Shown here in pieces: positions 1 through 11,986 of a stretch of 64,000 nucleotides of DNA. A program made the position numbers and the translations under genes. Source of the stretch: Thraustochytrium aureum (taxonomy: Eukaryota); the NCBI GenBank assembly GCA_012862495.1, contig BLSG01000402.1, positions 606,559 to 670,558 on the forward strand. Direction: 5' to 3'. The notes below the pieces were generated by a model that had not been told where the DNA came from, searched no databases, and saw only the letters and a program-made list of their open reading frames with translations. Each line of letters begins with the position of its first letter. The first letter of the stretch is position 1.

Positions 1-104
1 GGTAGAGTTTGAAAGTAAGTACCTACTTGCATTTTTCGTTAGTGCAGTCAACAGATGGGCGATTGCGCCAAGTGGAAGGCAACGACAACAAGCGCCTGCC
101 TCGA

Positions 105-3100
105 TCAATCGCTCTCGTCCTCCTCATCGTCTTCATCGTCCTCGTCCTCCTCGTCGTGCGCGGCGCCACCCGCACGGCGAGAACCAGCCTTTGCGATGCT
201 CCCCGGGCCGTGCCCCTCCTCCTCGTCCTCGTCGTCGTCCTCGTCGTCGTCCTCGTCGTCGTGGGCATGCTGGGAGCTTGACTTGTCGGGACTCGTCTGT
301 CGGCCAAGACGAGCATTCGTACGCGTCCCTGCAGCCCTCGTGACCGAGCTGTCGCCCAGGGTGGACTGAAGCCAAGGGTGGTCGAGGCACTGGAGCGCCG
401 TCGAACGCTCCTTTGGGTTGTAGCGCAACATGCCGGTGAGGAAGGAGGAAAACTCACGTGCCACCGCCCTGTCGAAGTTGTACTTCTCCACGAGCACCTC
501 CACCAACGGCCAGTACTTGAGCTGTTGGATGTGCTTGAGCCTGGCCTTGCGGTTGAAAAACTTTTTCGACTGCTTGCCGCTGAGCGCAAAGTTCCGGTTC
601 ATCTCGCCTTGCAACTCGATCATCAGAGCGAGGTGGTCCTCGTCTCGATCGTAGTTGGCGCCTGGTTTCGGATCGAACAAGAGGTCGCCCGTCGCAAGCT
701 CAAAGACGACGCAAGCCAGCGACCAGATGTCCGCTGGCGTGTCGTAGCCAGCGCCGATGATAACCTCGGGACAACGGTACTGCCGCGTCTGAATGTCCTC
801 CGAAAAGTGCTCGTGCGTCCAGCAGGCATTGCCCAAGTCGACAACCTTGCAGACGATCTCCGCCGGCGTCACATTATCGATCGACGGAGCCTGCAGCCCG
901 ACCTCTCGGATACCGTGGGCAGCGGTCCGCTTGTTGGTCGTCTTTGGGCCCGTGCGCCTTTGTTTCGAGGTGCATGCGCCTGGGGTGACCCCCGCGTTCT
1001 CCTTGACCCAACCTGCATCAGACCGCGTGGCTGACAGCTCCGTCTTGGCGGGAGCCTTGGCGGAGTCGTCAAAGGCGGAGTGGACGCTCGAGTCCCGCCC
1101 AACAGCAGAGAGAGTGGGCTTGGTGCTCTTACTGCGTAAAGCACCGGCCGTCCCTGACGCAGTTTGCACCGTCAGCGAGGCAATGCTCCCAGCGCCGCGA
1201 GCGGCCGCTGTTGGGGTCAGAGCTTTGCCGGAACTGCGCACATAGGAGGGCGAGGGGATTGGCGACATCGTGCGAGCCGATTTGCGCGGCATAGTGCTTG
1301 GGCCCACGGTCCACGCCAGTCGAGCTCCGCGGGAGTCGCCGGCGCTGGCCCCTGGACCAGCCTCGTCAGCCAAGGATAGCCGGCGCACGTTGGCCCTCAA
1401 GTCGACAGCGTTCTCAGGGAACGGCGCCGCGAGCGCAAAGGCGATCACCTTCTCGGCGGCCGAGCGAAATCCGCTGCTCTGGAGTCGGAGGCCCTTGATG
1501 TGCCCCGACATTTCACTGCGCGTCGCGAGGTGCGTACCAGCCCGGAAAGACCGGCAGATGGCGCGCATCAGCGTCGAGTTTGCGAGCGGGGCGGGCTGCG
1601 CCGAGCTCTTGCCGCCCTTCTTCGAGACCAAAGAGGATGCAGCCGACGCTTGGCCGCCAGAGCCGCCCTGAATCAGCTGCTCGGCGATCCTCGCGGCGCT
1701 CATGTCCTCGGTAGCGTATTCCAACGGGAGAGGCGGCGCCCCGACGAACGTAATTCCCAGCGCGCTCTCCCCTTCGAGAGCCTCGAGAACCAAGCCAAGG
1801 CAGCGCTCGTCGCAGCGCACGGTCCACTCGCACGCGCGCTCGTGCGCGGCCCCGCTCAGCTCGACTGATGGCACAGGAAGTCTTAGCAACGCAAACGCGT
1901 GCAAGGTCGCACCAAGGGCGACATTGGCCATGCTCGGCGGCTCGGCGCCGCGGCCCCGAAGAAGGCAGTGCCCGTGAGGAACGGGCTTGCCCTTGGCGTC
2001 CACGAGCCGAAGCTCCCATTGTGCGAACGACGTGAGCTTGTCGGAAGGCTCTGCTTTGGAAGGGAGCGACACGGGTACGTTGTTCGGTTTGCCAAAGGCC
2101 TCCTCGAGCGCAGCGAAAGGGGCCAGCATGGACACGCGGCAGCACCGTTTGTCGTCGATCTCGATCACGCCAGCGCCGGCCTCGCCCTCCTTGACGCAGC
2201 GGAGGGCTACATGCGGCGCGCGGGACGACGTCTTTCCGCCACTTGGGCTCGCTGTGAAGTTGCCGTACAAGAAATGCTCGTACCACTGGGTCGCTGGGTC
2301 CGCGAAAGAGGGCTTGCTCGGGAGTGCAGGCCAGAGTGGCCCTGCACTAGCGGCGCCCTGGGTCGCGCTGCGTTCGCTGTGGTCAGCGAGGTCGAGCCGC
2401 GCGAGGCTGCCGGCGAGGTCGATCTCGGCGTCGGCGCCTGCGTCGGACCCCGAGATCGACCTTGGCGTCGCGAGCGGCGAGCTTGCCCGCGAAGAGGCGG
2501 AGAGGCGGTTTTGCGGAGCGGCCATTGGCGGCTCGGCCGGCCCGCGAAGCTTGCGCTTCTGCCTGAGCTTCTTGAGCTTGCGGCGAAGCTTCTTCCGGTC
2601 CTCCGCACTCAGCGTTCCGCCCTTTGACTTGCCCGAGCGCGGGTCCACCGGGTTGCACAGCAGCTCCTTCTCGATGTGCGCTATGGCCGCGTCGAGGTCG
2701 ATGATGGCTCCGTTCTCGTCCCTGTCGATGATGTCAGCTAGAATCCCAGAGCTCGGTTTCGGAGCGGGGCGGCGCCGGCCACCGCCGACCACCTTTTGTT
2801 CGCAGGCGCGCGCATAGGCCTTCAAGGCCGGGAGGGCTGGGAGGAGTTGCTCGACGATCTCGCCGTGCAGGCCTGCGACGAGGATGTTTTCCGGCTTGAG
2901 GTCCGTGTGAATTATATGACAGTCGACATGGAGGAAGTGGAGCGCGACGCAGATTTGGTAGGTGATCTGGCGCACAAGCCGGAGCGGGATGCCCTGGTAC
3001 TTGTAGTGCTTTATAAGCGTGAGCAGGTTGTCGCCCAGGACCTCAAACACCATGCAGACGTGCTTCCCATGCAGCCCGCGATGCGAAAAATGGTCGATAA

Positions 3101-3436
3101 GCTGCACCACGAACACGTCTTCGCTCTGCTTGCCCGTTACCGGGTCGTGCGCCTTCTCGGCAACCGTGCGCAGGAGCTTGATTTCGTCCCATGCAGCCTC
3201 GGTGTAGGACTTTGCGCTCTTTTGCACCTTGAGAGCGCCGTACTGGGCCCTTTCCCGATCGTATACGAGCCAGACGGTGGAGAAGTGGCCCCATCCCAGC
3301 TTTTCCTCGACCACGAACCGGCCGCCATTGTACTCCTCCCCGACGCGAACACGGTGATACCCACCGTACTTGTAGCCCTCTTCGCCCTCATCCTCGTCAT
3401 CGGAGTAGTCCTCGTTACTCTCGTTGGCCTTTTCAT

Positions 3437-3470
<34 letters not shown>

Positions 3471-4202
3471 GCCGTTGTCGCTGTCGCCGCTCCCACGTGC
3501 GGCATCATCGTCATCGCCGTTCTCCAGCTCGTACGCGTCGCCACCTTTCCCGTCGCCCTCGTCCTCCTCGTCTTCCGTGTCGTCCATTCGGGGCTGTCCC
3601 TTGCGCGGGCCGCTCTTATTTGCCGTGTCGCTTGCCGACTGAAACCCATCCAGGTCCGAGTCGGCGTCGGCGTCTACTGTCGAGGCCTTGCTGAAGGTCG
3701 AGCCGCGCTTGTGCCCTGGTGCCTGCGGCAAGCGAACTGGCTGCGCAGCTTCAAGGCTTTCCTCGTCCAGGTCGGTGTCGTCTGCGTTGCCGAAGGCGCT
3801 GCCAGCGCTGCCAGCCGCGCCCAGCGGGGCCTCGGGGGATACAAACTGGCTTTTTAGCGACCTCGAGGTGACGCTCTTGGTGGGTTTCGCAGGCTTGCTC
3901 CGTTCCTCCTTTGGCTTTGATGTGCTACTCCCGCTACTCGCGAGTCGCTTGGATTTGCTCTTTGCCGCAGACTCGTCGGGGGCGCTGGTTCGTTCCAGAC
4001 TTGCCGGCTTCTTCTTCTTCTCTGGCGCGGCTTCCGCGGCGGGCTTTTTCCTCCCTTCGAGCTTCACTTCAGCCGGCTTCTTTTTCTTGGCGCTTTTCTC
4101 CCCCGTCAAGCTCTTCGCGGACCTGTCCGAGCTGGCGCGCTGCACCACGGGGCGCTTGTCGCCCGCTTTCTCCGGAGCGGCGCCCCCCTTTTTCTTCTCC
4201 AT
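105..4202 (-). CDS. SRPK: SR protein kinase (SRPK/Sky1 family) with very long spacer insert
   Basis: Motifs YKYGGYHRV, KLGWGHFSTVWL, ALKVQKSAKSYTEAAWDEIKLL, IIHTDLKPENIL, VDLGNACW, DIQTRQYRCPEVI, DEDHLALMIEL. Start placed at ATG 4202 (MEKKKGG), just after a (GCAG)n tract. Confidence 0.93.
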
Positions 4203-4205
4203 GGC

Positions 4206-4206
4206 G

Positions 4207-4242
<36 letters not shown>

Positions 4243-4243
4243 C
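4206..4243. repeat. (CCTG)n/(CAGG)n tetranucleotide microsatellite abutting the SRPK start codon
   Basis: About 9 perfect CCTG units read directly. Confidence 0.95.
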
Positions 4244-4836
4244 AGCGTCCGCACCTCGTGCGAGCCGGCCTGCGCGCAGCCCAGCGGTCGAGGAGCAGCT
4301 GAGCAGCACGGGGCCCAGCGGTCGAGCAGTATCTGCCCGAGTGGCGGAGCAGCAGCCGCCCCAGCGCGCGAGCGTCGCGCGAGGGTTCTCCCCGCACTCT
4401 CGGGCGCTCGCGCGTGCTGGCCTCCCGTGGCACCCTGCCTGCCTGCCTGCCTGTCTGTCTGCCACTGCCTTGGGCTCTGCCCCGGCCTCCTTCCCTTTGT
4501 TCTCCACCCACCTGCTCATCACTCACGACCACGTCACTCCTGGTGCCCCTGTGACGAGATCGCTGTGCGCAGGAGCTGTACTACTCTGGCCCGCATGGAG
4601 CTCCTCGGCGCGAACGGAGCCGCAGCACAGCAGGCAGCCAGGCAGCACAGCACGTAGCCAGGCAGCACGGCAGGCAGGCGTTGGTGAGACTCATGAAGGA
4701 AAGGGGCCGGCCCCGTTCTCGAGCACCGATCCCTGACACCAGTGGCCCCCCTCGCCGCGAAGGTGAGCGAGCGCTCGTCTTCTCTCAACGAACGCGAGTG
4801 GCGAGACCATTCGAGTACAGACGCTCCTTCCAACGT

Positions 4837-4838
4837 GG

Positions 4839-4882
<44 letters not shown>
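4837..4882. repeat. (GGCA)n microsatellite in the divergent SRPK/DnaJ intergenic region
   Basis: About 11 GGCA units; a (GCAC)n tract follows near 4948-4970. Confidence 0.95.
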
Positions 4883-4883
<1 letters not shown>

Positions 4884-5087
4884 GCCCGAAACCGAAGTGG
4901 GGTGCATGTACCCTGGAGCGCGCAGGCGAGCGAGCAAGCCATCCATCGCACGCACGCACGCACGCACGCAAGCAAGCACGAAGGGCGAAAGGAAGGCAGG
5001 CGATAGACGCGTCAGGCCCGCAGAAGCGCGGTCAGGTGGGCCGGTGGCGTGCGGCTAGGCACGCGAAAAGCTGCCAGACTGGCAAGG

Positions 5088-6737
5088 ATGAGGCGGGGCC
5101 GGAGGAGGGCGACGCCGCAAGGGCTGGCGGTCCTCGTGGTTGCTGCGCTGGTCTGCACGCGGCCCTGCGACGCGCTGTTCGGCTGGGGCGGCGGTGGGAA
5201 CGCAGACGCCGACGCCGGCCTGGTCAAGTCGAACAAGTTCGGGTGCGTGGCGTGGAAAGGCGGCGACGGGCGCGAGGCCGACTGCCACGCGCGCATCAAC
5301 CCGCGGCAGCTGCGCGGCAAGTGCAACTGCGCGTGGGGGGAGCTGGAGAGCGACCAAACAGTGCCGTACACATGCGAGCAAGTCTGCTATGAAAAATTCC
5401 CGGTGGGCGAAGCCGGCGCGGAGGAGCGGTTCATCATCAACACGCAGTGGTTCTGGAATAACTGGCGCGACGTGCACTTCTTGCGCGGCGGGCTCTTCAT
5501 CGCGCCAACGGACGATTGCCAGCAAGAAGAATGCTATTGGTTTGCCGCCAAAGGCGTTGTGTACATCATGTGGGGCGACGCCGGCCTCCACTCGGCCAAG
5601 CTGGACGCAGACAAAAGGACCATGTCAGGCATCCGGCACGATGGCCAAAAGGTGAAAGCGGAGATGAGGGGCCGCAGCGAGCTTGCAGACGATAGCGACG
5701 GCGAGGAAGCGGAGGAAGCGGACGACGACGAAGACCTCTACGAGCTCCTGGGACTCGAGCTGGAGTGCACGGACGCGGACATCAAGAAGGCGTTTCGCAA
5801 GCTGTCGCGCGACTACCACCCAGACAGGGCAAAGGCCACGGGCCTCAGCCCTGAAGAGGCGGAGCGTATGTTCAACAGGGTGCGGAGCGCATACGAAGTG
5901 TTGTCAGACTCGGACAAGCGGCTCCTCTACGACATGGGCGGCATGGAGGCCGTTAAAAAATTCGTCCAAGAGGGCGGCCGCGAGGGCCGAGGCGAGCTCG
6001 ACCCGTTTCAGAGAATGTTTGGCGGCGGCGGCGGCCGCAACGCGAACCGCGGGCGTGACATGGAGTACTCGCTGCGCGTTTCGCTGGAGGACGCCTACAA
6101 GGGCAACACGCTGCGCACGAGCGTGCGCCGCCGTGTTGTGTGCCGTGGGTGTCGCAAGCTGACGGACAAGAACCGCGCTAGGTGCGCGCAGTGCGGGCCG
6201 TGCCCGCCAGAGGTGCGCATGGTTCACAAGCAGATGGGCGGCTTTATCGTGCAGCAGCGCGAGGAGGTCCCGTCCAAGGAGCGCTGCAAATCAGAGGACG
6301 CCGAGCTCAAGGTGACGATCGAAAAGGGCATGGACACCGGCGAGCGGATCGTGTTCGACAGGATGGCAGAACAGACCCCGGGCAAGATACCTGGCGACAT
6401 TGTCTTGGTCGTGCAAATGAACGACCACAACCAATTTAAACGGCAGGGGAGCGAGCTGAGCACGCACGTGCGCATGTCCCTTAAGGAGGCTCTCACGGGC
6501 TTTACCCACTCTTTCACCCACCTTGACGGCCACGTCGTGGAGATTGAGACCGATCCGCTCGCAAGCCCGGAGCAGATCATCAAGCCCCTGCAGGAGCACG
6601 TCATTCAGGGCGAGGGCATGCCGCTGCACAACGTCCCATCGCAGCGTGGCGACTTGCGCGTGCACTTTGAGGTCCTGTTTCCGCAGTCGCTCACGCCCGA
6701 GCAGGTGGCGCAGCTCCGCGAGGTCTTGCCAGAGTGA
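5088..6737 (+). CDS. Secretory-pathway DnaJ/Hsp40 (ERdj3/DNAJB11-like) with N-terminal extension
   Basis: Signal-peptide-like LAVLVVAALVC; J domain DLYELLGL...IKKAFRKLSRDYHPD...AYEVLSD; G/F stretch; CxxC motifs; C-terminal peptide-binding domain (PGDIV, SLKEALTGF, GEGMP, RGDL). Confidence 0.88.
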   Translation: MRRGRRRATPQGLAVLVVAALVCTRPCDALFGWGGGGNADADAGLVKSNKFGCVAWKGGDGREADCHARINPRQLRGKCNCAWGELESDQTVPYTCEQVCYEKFPVGEAGAEERFIINTQWFWNNWRDVHFLRGGLFIAPTDDCQQEECYWFAAKGVVYIMWGDAGLHSAKLDADKRTMSGIRHDGQKVKAEMRGRSELADDSDGEEAEEADDDEDLYELLGLELECTDADIKKAFRKLSRDYHPDRAKATGLSPEEAERMFNRVRSAYEVLSDSDKRLLYDMGGMEAVKKFVQEGGREGRGELDPFQRMFGGGGGRNANRGRDMEYSLRVSLEDAYKGNTLRTSVRRRVVCRGCRKLTDKNRARCAQCGPCPPEVRMVHKQMGGFIVQQREEVPSKERCKSEDAELKVTIEKGMDTGERIVFDRMAEQTPGKIPGDIVLVVQMNDHNQFKRQGSELSTHVRMSLKEALTGFTHSFTHLDGHVVEIETDPLASPEQIIKPLQEHVIQGEGMPLHNVPSQRGDLRVHFEVLFPQSLTPEQVAQLREVLPE

Positions 6738-7271
6738 GTTGCAAAGAACAATAAGCTGAAAATCGCACTCCTAAAGCGCCCCGATCGCGTTGTCTCGGCT
6801 GCCCAGAGCGCCACCACCTGCACGACCATGCGGGAACCGCAAGTTGCTGATCTGGTCCAGTGGTTGCTCAAGAAATGGACGGAAGGCGTGGCCTCCAAAA
6901 CCGACGTCAGGCGCTACCTATCTTTCCAGGGCAGCACCAACCGGGCGCTCGCTGCGCCACTGAGGCTGCGCGCAGGAGAGGACCCAGACCAGCGAAATGG
7001 CCAGCGAATGGCTAGCAAAGGTGCCAGATGATGCGAACAAACGTTTGACGGATGGCAGTCCTACGATGCTGAAACAAGACGTCCGAGGCAAACGTGTTGA
7101 CCTTGCACAGAGCCCTCCACAGAGCTCATAGAACGTCACAAAAACAAGTCGGCTCGCGTCGACCTGATTCGTTGACGATCATTTGCGCAGGGCCGCGACG
7201 CGCTGGCGAGCGACCCCCGCCAAACAGTGGCAGGCTCAATCAGCAAGAAAAGAAAGAAAGAATAAACTGCT

Positions 7272-8636
7272 TCAGAGGTCTGCGGGAATCATTCCGCCCT
7301 TGCAGATGATCGAGGCGCACTCGGGGTCCCCGTCAATGACCCGATTACCGCCGAGAAACTTGGGCAGGACATCTGCGTCGACATGCTTTAAGAGCTCGTC
7401 AGTGGCAGGCCCGGAGAAGATCCTGATCTTCTTGCGCGTATTCTCATGGAAAAAGTACTTTACCACGTTCCAGATGAACGAGAACACGCGCGGCGCGTTG
7501 ATGATGAAGGCCACTTTGAGCCGCTCGGGGTAAAAGTCGTCGTCGATCTTGGCGCCTTTCTTGAGCACTGCAAGGCCCTTGTTGTTAAAGTGGCGCATCG
7601 AGAGCCCGCGGAGGTCTTGGATGAGCAGCAGCTGATACTGGACTTTGCCCCAGCGCTGTTCGCTCTCGATGAACAGCTTGGTGTGCGTCTCTTGCCGTTT
7701 GATAATGAGTTGGAGGACCTCGTCCTCGTCGACTTTTTGGACGAGCCCTGGGACATCGAGCTGCCCGATCCGGTCGATAAACACCACGCTCCCCTCCTTG
7801 TCAAACCCTGCCCAGCCACCCGTCATGTACTGTTTGAGCACTGGCGATGGCTCAAACGTTGCCAAAATATGCTCTGGGTTTCGCTCTTGCCGGAAACGGA
7901 GGCTCTCTCGGAAAAGCGCTTCGGACTGAGCGACGGACTTGCGGGCGCGGACAAAGCGAATTAGGACCGGGTCGCTCAGGTTCAAGGGTCTCTCACGGCA
8001 AATGCTTGCCACGTCGGCGAGTCGCTCGCGCAGCTCTTCAACGGCAACGCGCTCTTCCTCGGTCTTGATCACCCACCCGTCAACGACGCTGGCGAAGACC
8101 GCGGCAGCTGGCTGAGGCTGTCCGCCTTCGGGGTGGGCTGCCGCCCCGCCCTCGAGCGAGGTTTGTCCCAAACCTGTCGTCGCCGCCGCCGCCGCGGCTG
8201 CTGCTGAGAGGTCTGCGGAGAACGACCTCCCGGCCGGGTCGACCGGCCTCTGATCGTTTGCGACGGCCGGGGCCGCCGCAGCCAGTGCTGTCGCGGCTTG
8301 TCGGGCACCTGCGCTTGCCGGCGAACGCCCCGTCGTGGCGGCGAGGCGGCTGGTGCGCTCCTCGCGGTGCGCCGTGGCCGCCTTTGAGTCCAGCAACACA
8401 AACCACAGCATGACAGCGCAGAACGCGGCACCTCCCGCCAGCTTGGCCTCATTGCTGGGAAGCAGCTCGGTGCCCACCTCGGCCGCAATGATCGCCAGAC
8501 AAAGCGCCAACAAGCTCCTGTTCAGCCTGTGCAGGTTGCGCTCCTGCGCCAGCCAGAGCGCCCTCGACGCGCCGCTGCCTTTGCCGCGCGCCAACTCGTT
8601 GGCCAGCGCGTCCATCTTCGCTTGCAGCTCCTCCAT
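7272..8636 (-). CDS. CRAL-TRIO/SEC14 lipid-binding protein with two N-terminal TM segments
   Basis: DPVLIRFVRARK, GFDKEGSVVFIDRIGQLD, DLRGLSM, YPERLKVAFIINAP, TRKKI, LPKFLGG; start at ATG 8636 (MEELQAKM). Confidence 0.88.
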   Translation of the reverse strand: MEELQAKMDALANELARGKGSGASRALWLAQERNLHRLNRSLLALCLAIIAAEVGTELLPSNEAKLAGGAAFCAVMLWFVLLDSKAATAHREERTSRLAATTGRSPASAGARQAATALAAAAPAVANDQRPVDPAGRSFSADLSAAAAAAAATTGLGQTSLEGGAAAHPEGGQPQPAAAVFASVVDGWVIKTEEERVAVEELRERLADVASICRERPLNLSDPVLIRFVRARKSVAQSEALFRESLRFRQERNPEHILATFEPSPVLKQYMTGGWAGFDKEGSVVFIDRIGQLDVPGLVQKVDEDEVLQLIIKRQETHTKLFIESEQRWGKVQYQLLLIQDLRGLSMRHFNNKGLAVLKKGAKIDDDFYPERLKVAFIINAPRVFSFIWNVVKYFFHENTRKKIRIFSGPATDELLKHVDADVLPKFLGGNRVIDGDPECASIICKGGMIPADL

Positions 8637-9265
8637 CGTTCCTGCGGCGCCGGAGCCGTGCGTCCGCCAGCCGCGCCGCGCCCTGCGCAGGACTGCCGCG
8701 CAGCGACGAGTACCTCCTCTGCGCGTCCCGACCGCGGCTCGTTCCTTTGCTCGTCCTCCTGCCGCAGGACCGGTGACCGAGTCAAGAACGACAAGCAGGA
8801 GCGCCGAGTCTCTCTGGAGAGTCAATGAGCCCGCTGGCCACGAGCAGGCCTCCGCCCTCCCTCGTGGCCGGCCGCCGCAGCGGCGTTGAGCTCGCAGCGC
8901 ATCCAACGCGACGAAGCACTGGCAGAACAATGCCCCCGAGACGGGGAGCGCCCTCTCCCCCTGCCTGGGCGCGACACCGTGCGTGCAGACTGTCGCGCGT
9001 TGGCGTGGAGCGCGCCGCCTTGGCTCGCGGCGGCAGACGCCGCGGCAGAGCAGGTCCCGAGGCGGCCAGCGGTGCGAGCAAGGAGGATCCTCCTTGGGTC
9101 ACACGACGGACCCGCTTGACTGAATGACTCCGAGTCGGGCGTGAGCCATGCGCTCGCTCGCTGCTGCCAGAGCCGGCTTGCGGCTCTCCTCGACGAGCGC
9201 TCCTGCGCCCGGCCGCCAGCAGGACCGAGGAGGAGAGCAAGTCCACTCTGTCCACTCCGGAGGAG

Positions 9266-9271
9266 NNNNNN
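9266..9271. other. Short assembly gap (N)
   Basis: Run of N. Confidence 1.
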
Positions 9272-9797
9272 GGGCAAGCCTTTTCATTGAAGTTTTCAAG
9301 GCCTTCCCGCTCGCACGCACGCCACTCGTGGCGTCGTTCGTGTTCTGGTGCGCGCGCACAGCGCATCGGCGAGGGTATTTTCGGTGCCGGCCCTGCAGCG
9401 CCGTATGCGCGAGCAGGGGTCTGCGGAACGCGTCTCGCTGAGCGCAACTGCGAATCGAGATTGACTCCTCGTGAGAGCGCGTGAGTCCACTGCGGCGTTT
9501 GCGGGAATTCCGCCCAAGACTGCACGCAAGCAAGCACGCAAGAAAGCACGCAGGCAAGCACGCAGGCAAGCACGAAAGCACGCACGCACGCACGCACGGA
9601 GCCGCACGGCGCTGTGAGCCGGCAGTCGCTGCGAGGTCGGCCGTCAGCGCTCCCCGGGGATCGCGCGGTGCTCGCTAGGTTGAGGCGAGGCAGCGTTTTT
9701 GTGGCACAGGCGAGGAAGGCCGCGGCCTGGCTGCTGGTCTCGCGCCCAGTCCCGCCAACAGGGCGACAGACAGCGGCGCAAGAGCCGAGGAAGGGCC

Positions 9798-11986
9798 ATG
9801 CTTGACGACGCGCTCGTCGAGGAGCTGCGAGCAGCGGCCGGCGGCGAGCAACAGGTTGCTACAACGCTTGCCGTCGACTTTCTGTTCTCGCACGGCCTTG
9901 TTCTGGATGGCGCCGAGGCCGAGGTGGTCTGCGACCGCTGGGCAGCGCGGGGCCTCGTTATCACGAATGAGGCCGACCAAACAAGGCGCGAGCGAAGCAG
10001 CTCGGGGGACAGCACGGGGACAATGGTGGACCTCAGCGCAAGCGGCGCGTTCGAGCCCGCAGGGCTCTTTGCTGGAACTGGGGACGCACAACCCCCCCAC
10101 GAGGAGGCAGCGCAGCCACCGAACAACGCGCGCAGCGACGCGGGGCTGGAAACGCACCTGGAGTCGGAAACGCTTCGGCGCGCGCTTCAAGTGCGCCACC
10201 CTGGGCTGCACGAGGTCGCGGGCGGCGGCATGGGTGGGCGAAGGCGGAGCACCTCGCAACACAAGGCTCTTCGCCAAGGCGACTCGCTCTCGCTCAGCGC
10301 GTCCGGCTTGTGGGTCTCAACACTGCGCGGGCCCCGCGGCGCCCTTCAACGGGCGGGATCGGCGACCAAGGGCCTCTTCTTGCAACCCGACAGCGCCAAA
10401 TCAGAGTGCTTTCACGTTGCGACAAGCGAGCGGTCCGGGCGCGCGCCAAGCGCCTCTGCGGTAAATCCGACAGGCGTTGTACACTTTGGGGACTATGTTT
10501 GGCTTCAGAACGACCGCGGGGATACATGGCAAGTGCAATTCGTGTGCCCAGGCCAAGTTGGGCCAGTTCGCATGGGTTGCCACGTAGTCATCATCGACGT
10601 GCACGAGGATGCGCGGACAGATTCGACGAGGGCCAAGCCGAGTTGGGGCATGGCTGCGGCTCAAAGTGCTCTCTGCGCAGGAACGCCAATCGTCCTCAAC
10701 AAGGTATGCAACGGGCGCACACGTGCTCCTGTCGTGTTCACAATACATCCGGACGACTTCACCGGCGGCGCTCGGCGCTTGAGCGACATGCACCGGCCGT
10801 CGCTCGAGCCGCTCGGGCAATCGCGGCGCAGCCCAACAAGCTCTGCGCAACCGGAACCCGCATCCACGCTGAGCGTGCTTGTGTACAACGTGTGGATGCT
10901 GCCGGGCCCTGTAACCTGCTGGGCAACGCCCATGTTTGGTACGTCCCCCAAAAAGATGACCCGTGCCCGGCTCATCCCCTTGACGCTCCGGGCCGCGGTC
11001 GAGTCGGTTTGCTCTACGACAGCGCTCCCCGATATCGCAGTCCTCTGCGGCGCGCAGTGCGAGGAGGCGACGCCGGTCCTTAAGGCCGGGCTCAAGCGCG
11101 AGCTCGGGCTGCACTTTGAGACCGTCGTGCTCGGCGCCGGACTACTCTTCAGCAAGGCCGCCAAGCCAGCCAGCGGCGGCGTCGCCGTGCTTAGCAAGTA
11201 CCCGATCCTGCGCACGGCGCACCACGTATTCCGCAACTCTACCGCCGAAGACCGCTTTGTCGCAAAGGGGGTTACGTATGCGTGCGTTCACAAGAACGGG
11301 CGAAACATCCACGTTCTGGCAATGCACCTCCAGACCGGCCCAGGGAGGCGGCCGTGCGAGTGCGCGAGCTGCAGTTGCAGGAAGCCCGCCGCTTCTCGCA
11401 AGAGCTTGCCCTACCCACCAATGAGCTCGTGCTCTTCGTTGGCGACCTCAACGTGTGCAAATTCAAGGACATGCTCGAGCACGAACGTCTGCTGGACAGC
11501 CTGGGTGCCGTGGACACGACGGACCCGGTTCCTCCCGAGCTGCTTGCCGAAGCGCGCGAGCGCCTCAGCACGTCCGAGCAGGGAGCGCCGCAGTCGCGCG
11601 AGCTGGTTTCGGTGACAGGCGACAACTTGCTCGCTCGCCGGGGTAGCGGCCGCAAAGTCGCCAACTCGCCTCCGCTGCGGCACTCGAGCGGCGACAGCAA
11701 GCTCATGCACTCTGTCAAGCGACAGCCGGGGTTTGTTCAGCTCAACGCCGACAAACTCTTCAGTTTCAATCCGAACCACAACACCTTGGCGGGTTTGGGC
11801 TTGCGCGGCCGCCGCGTGCCGGGCCTGCTGGACTACGTTTTGTACTCGCGGCACCACCTCCAGCCCGTCTCGGCGCAGACCCGCGTGCTGCATCGCGTCA
11901 AGGCGCAGTCAGACATTGTCGTGCGTGGCCAGCCCGTCCGCGACCTCTCGTCTCACTTCCCAGTGCTCTGCACCATCGAGTTTTGA
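9798..11986 (+). CDS. EEP-superfamily (sphingomyelinase C-like) protein, frameshifted near 11340
   Basis: VLVYNVWML, SGGVAVLSKYPI, DRFVAKG, MHLQ in the first frame; GDLNV, LDYVLY, SSHFPV in a second frame. One extra C or G at ccc/ggg ~11339-11345 joins them. Confidence 0.75.

Noticed and set aside
4203..4532. N-terminal extension of the SRPK ORF
   Set aside because: Non-ATG start and runs through (GCAG)n repeats (RQAG)
6828..7031. 67-aa ORF between DnaJ and SEC14
   Set aside because: Short with no recognisable motif; cannot be supported as a gene, although it could be a relic
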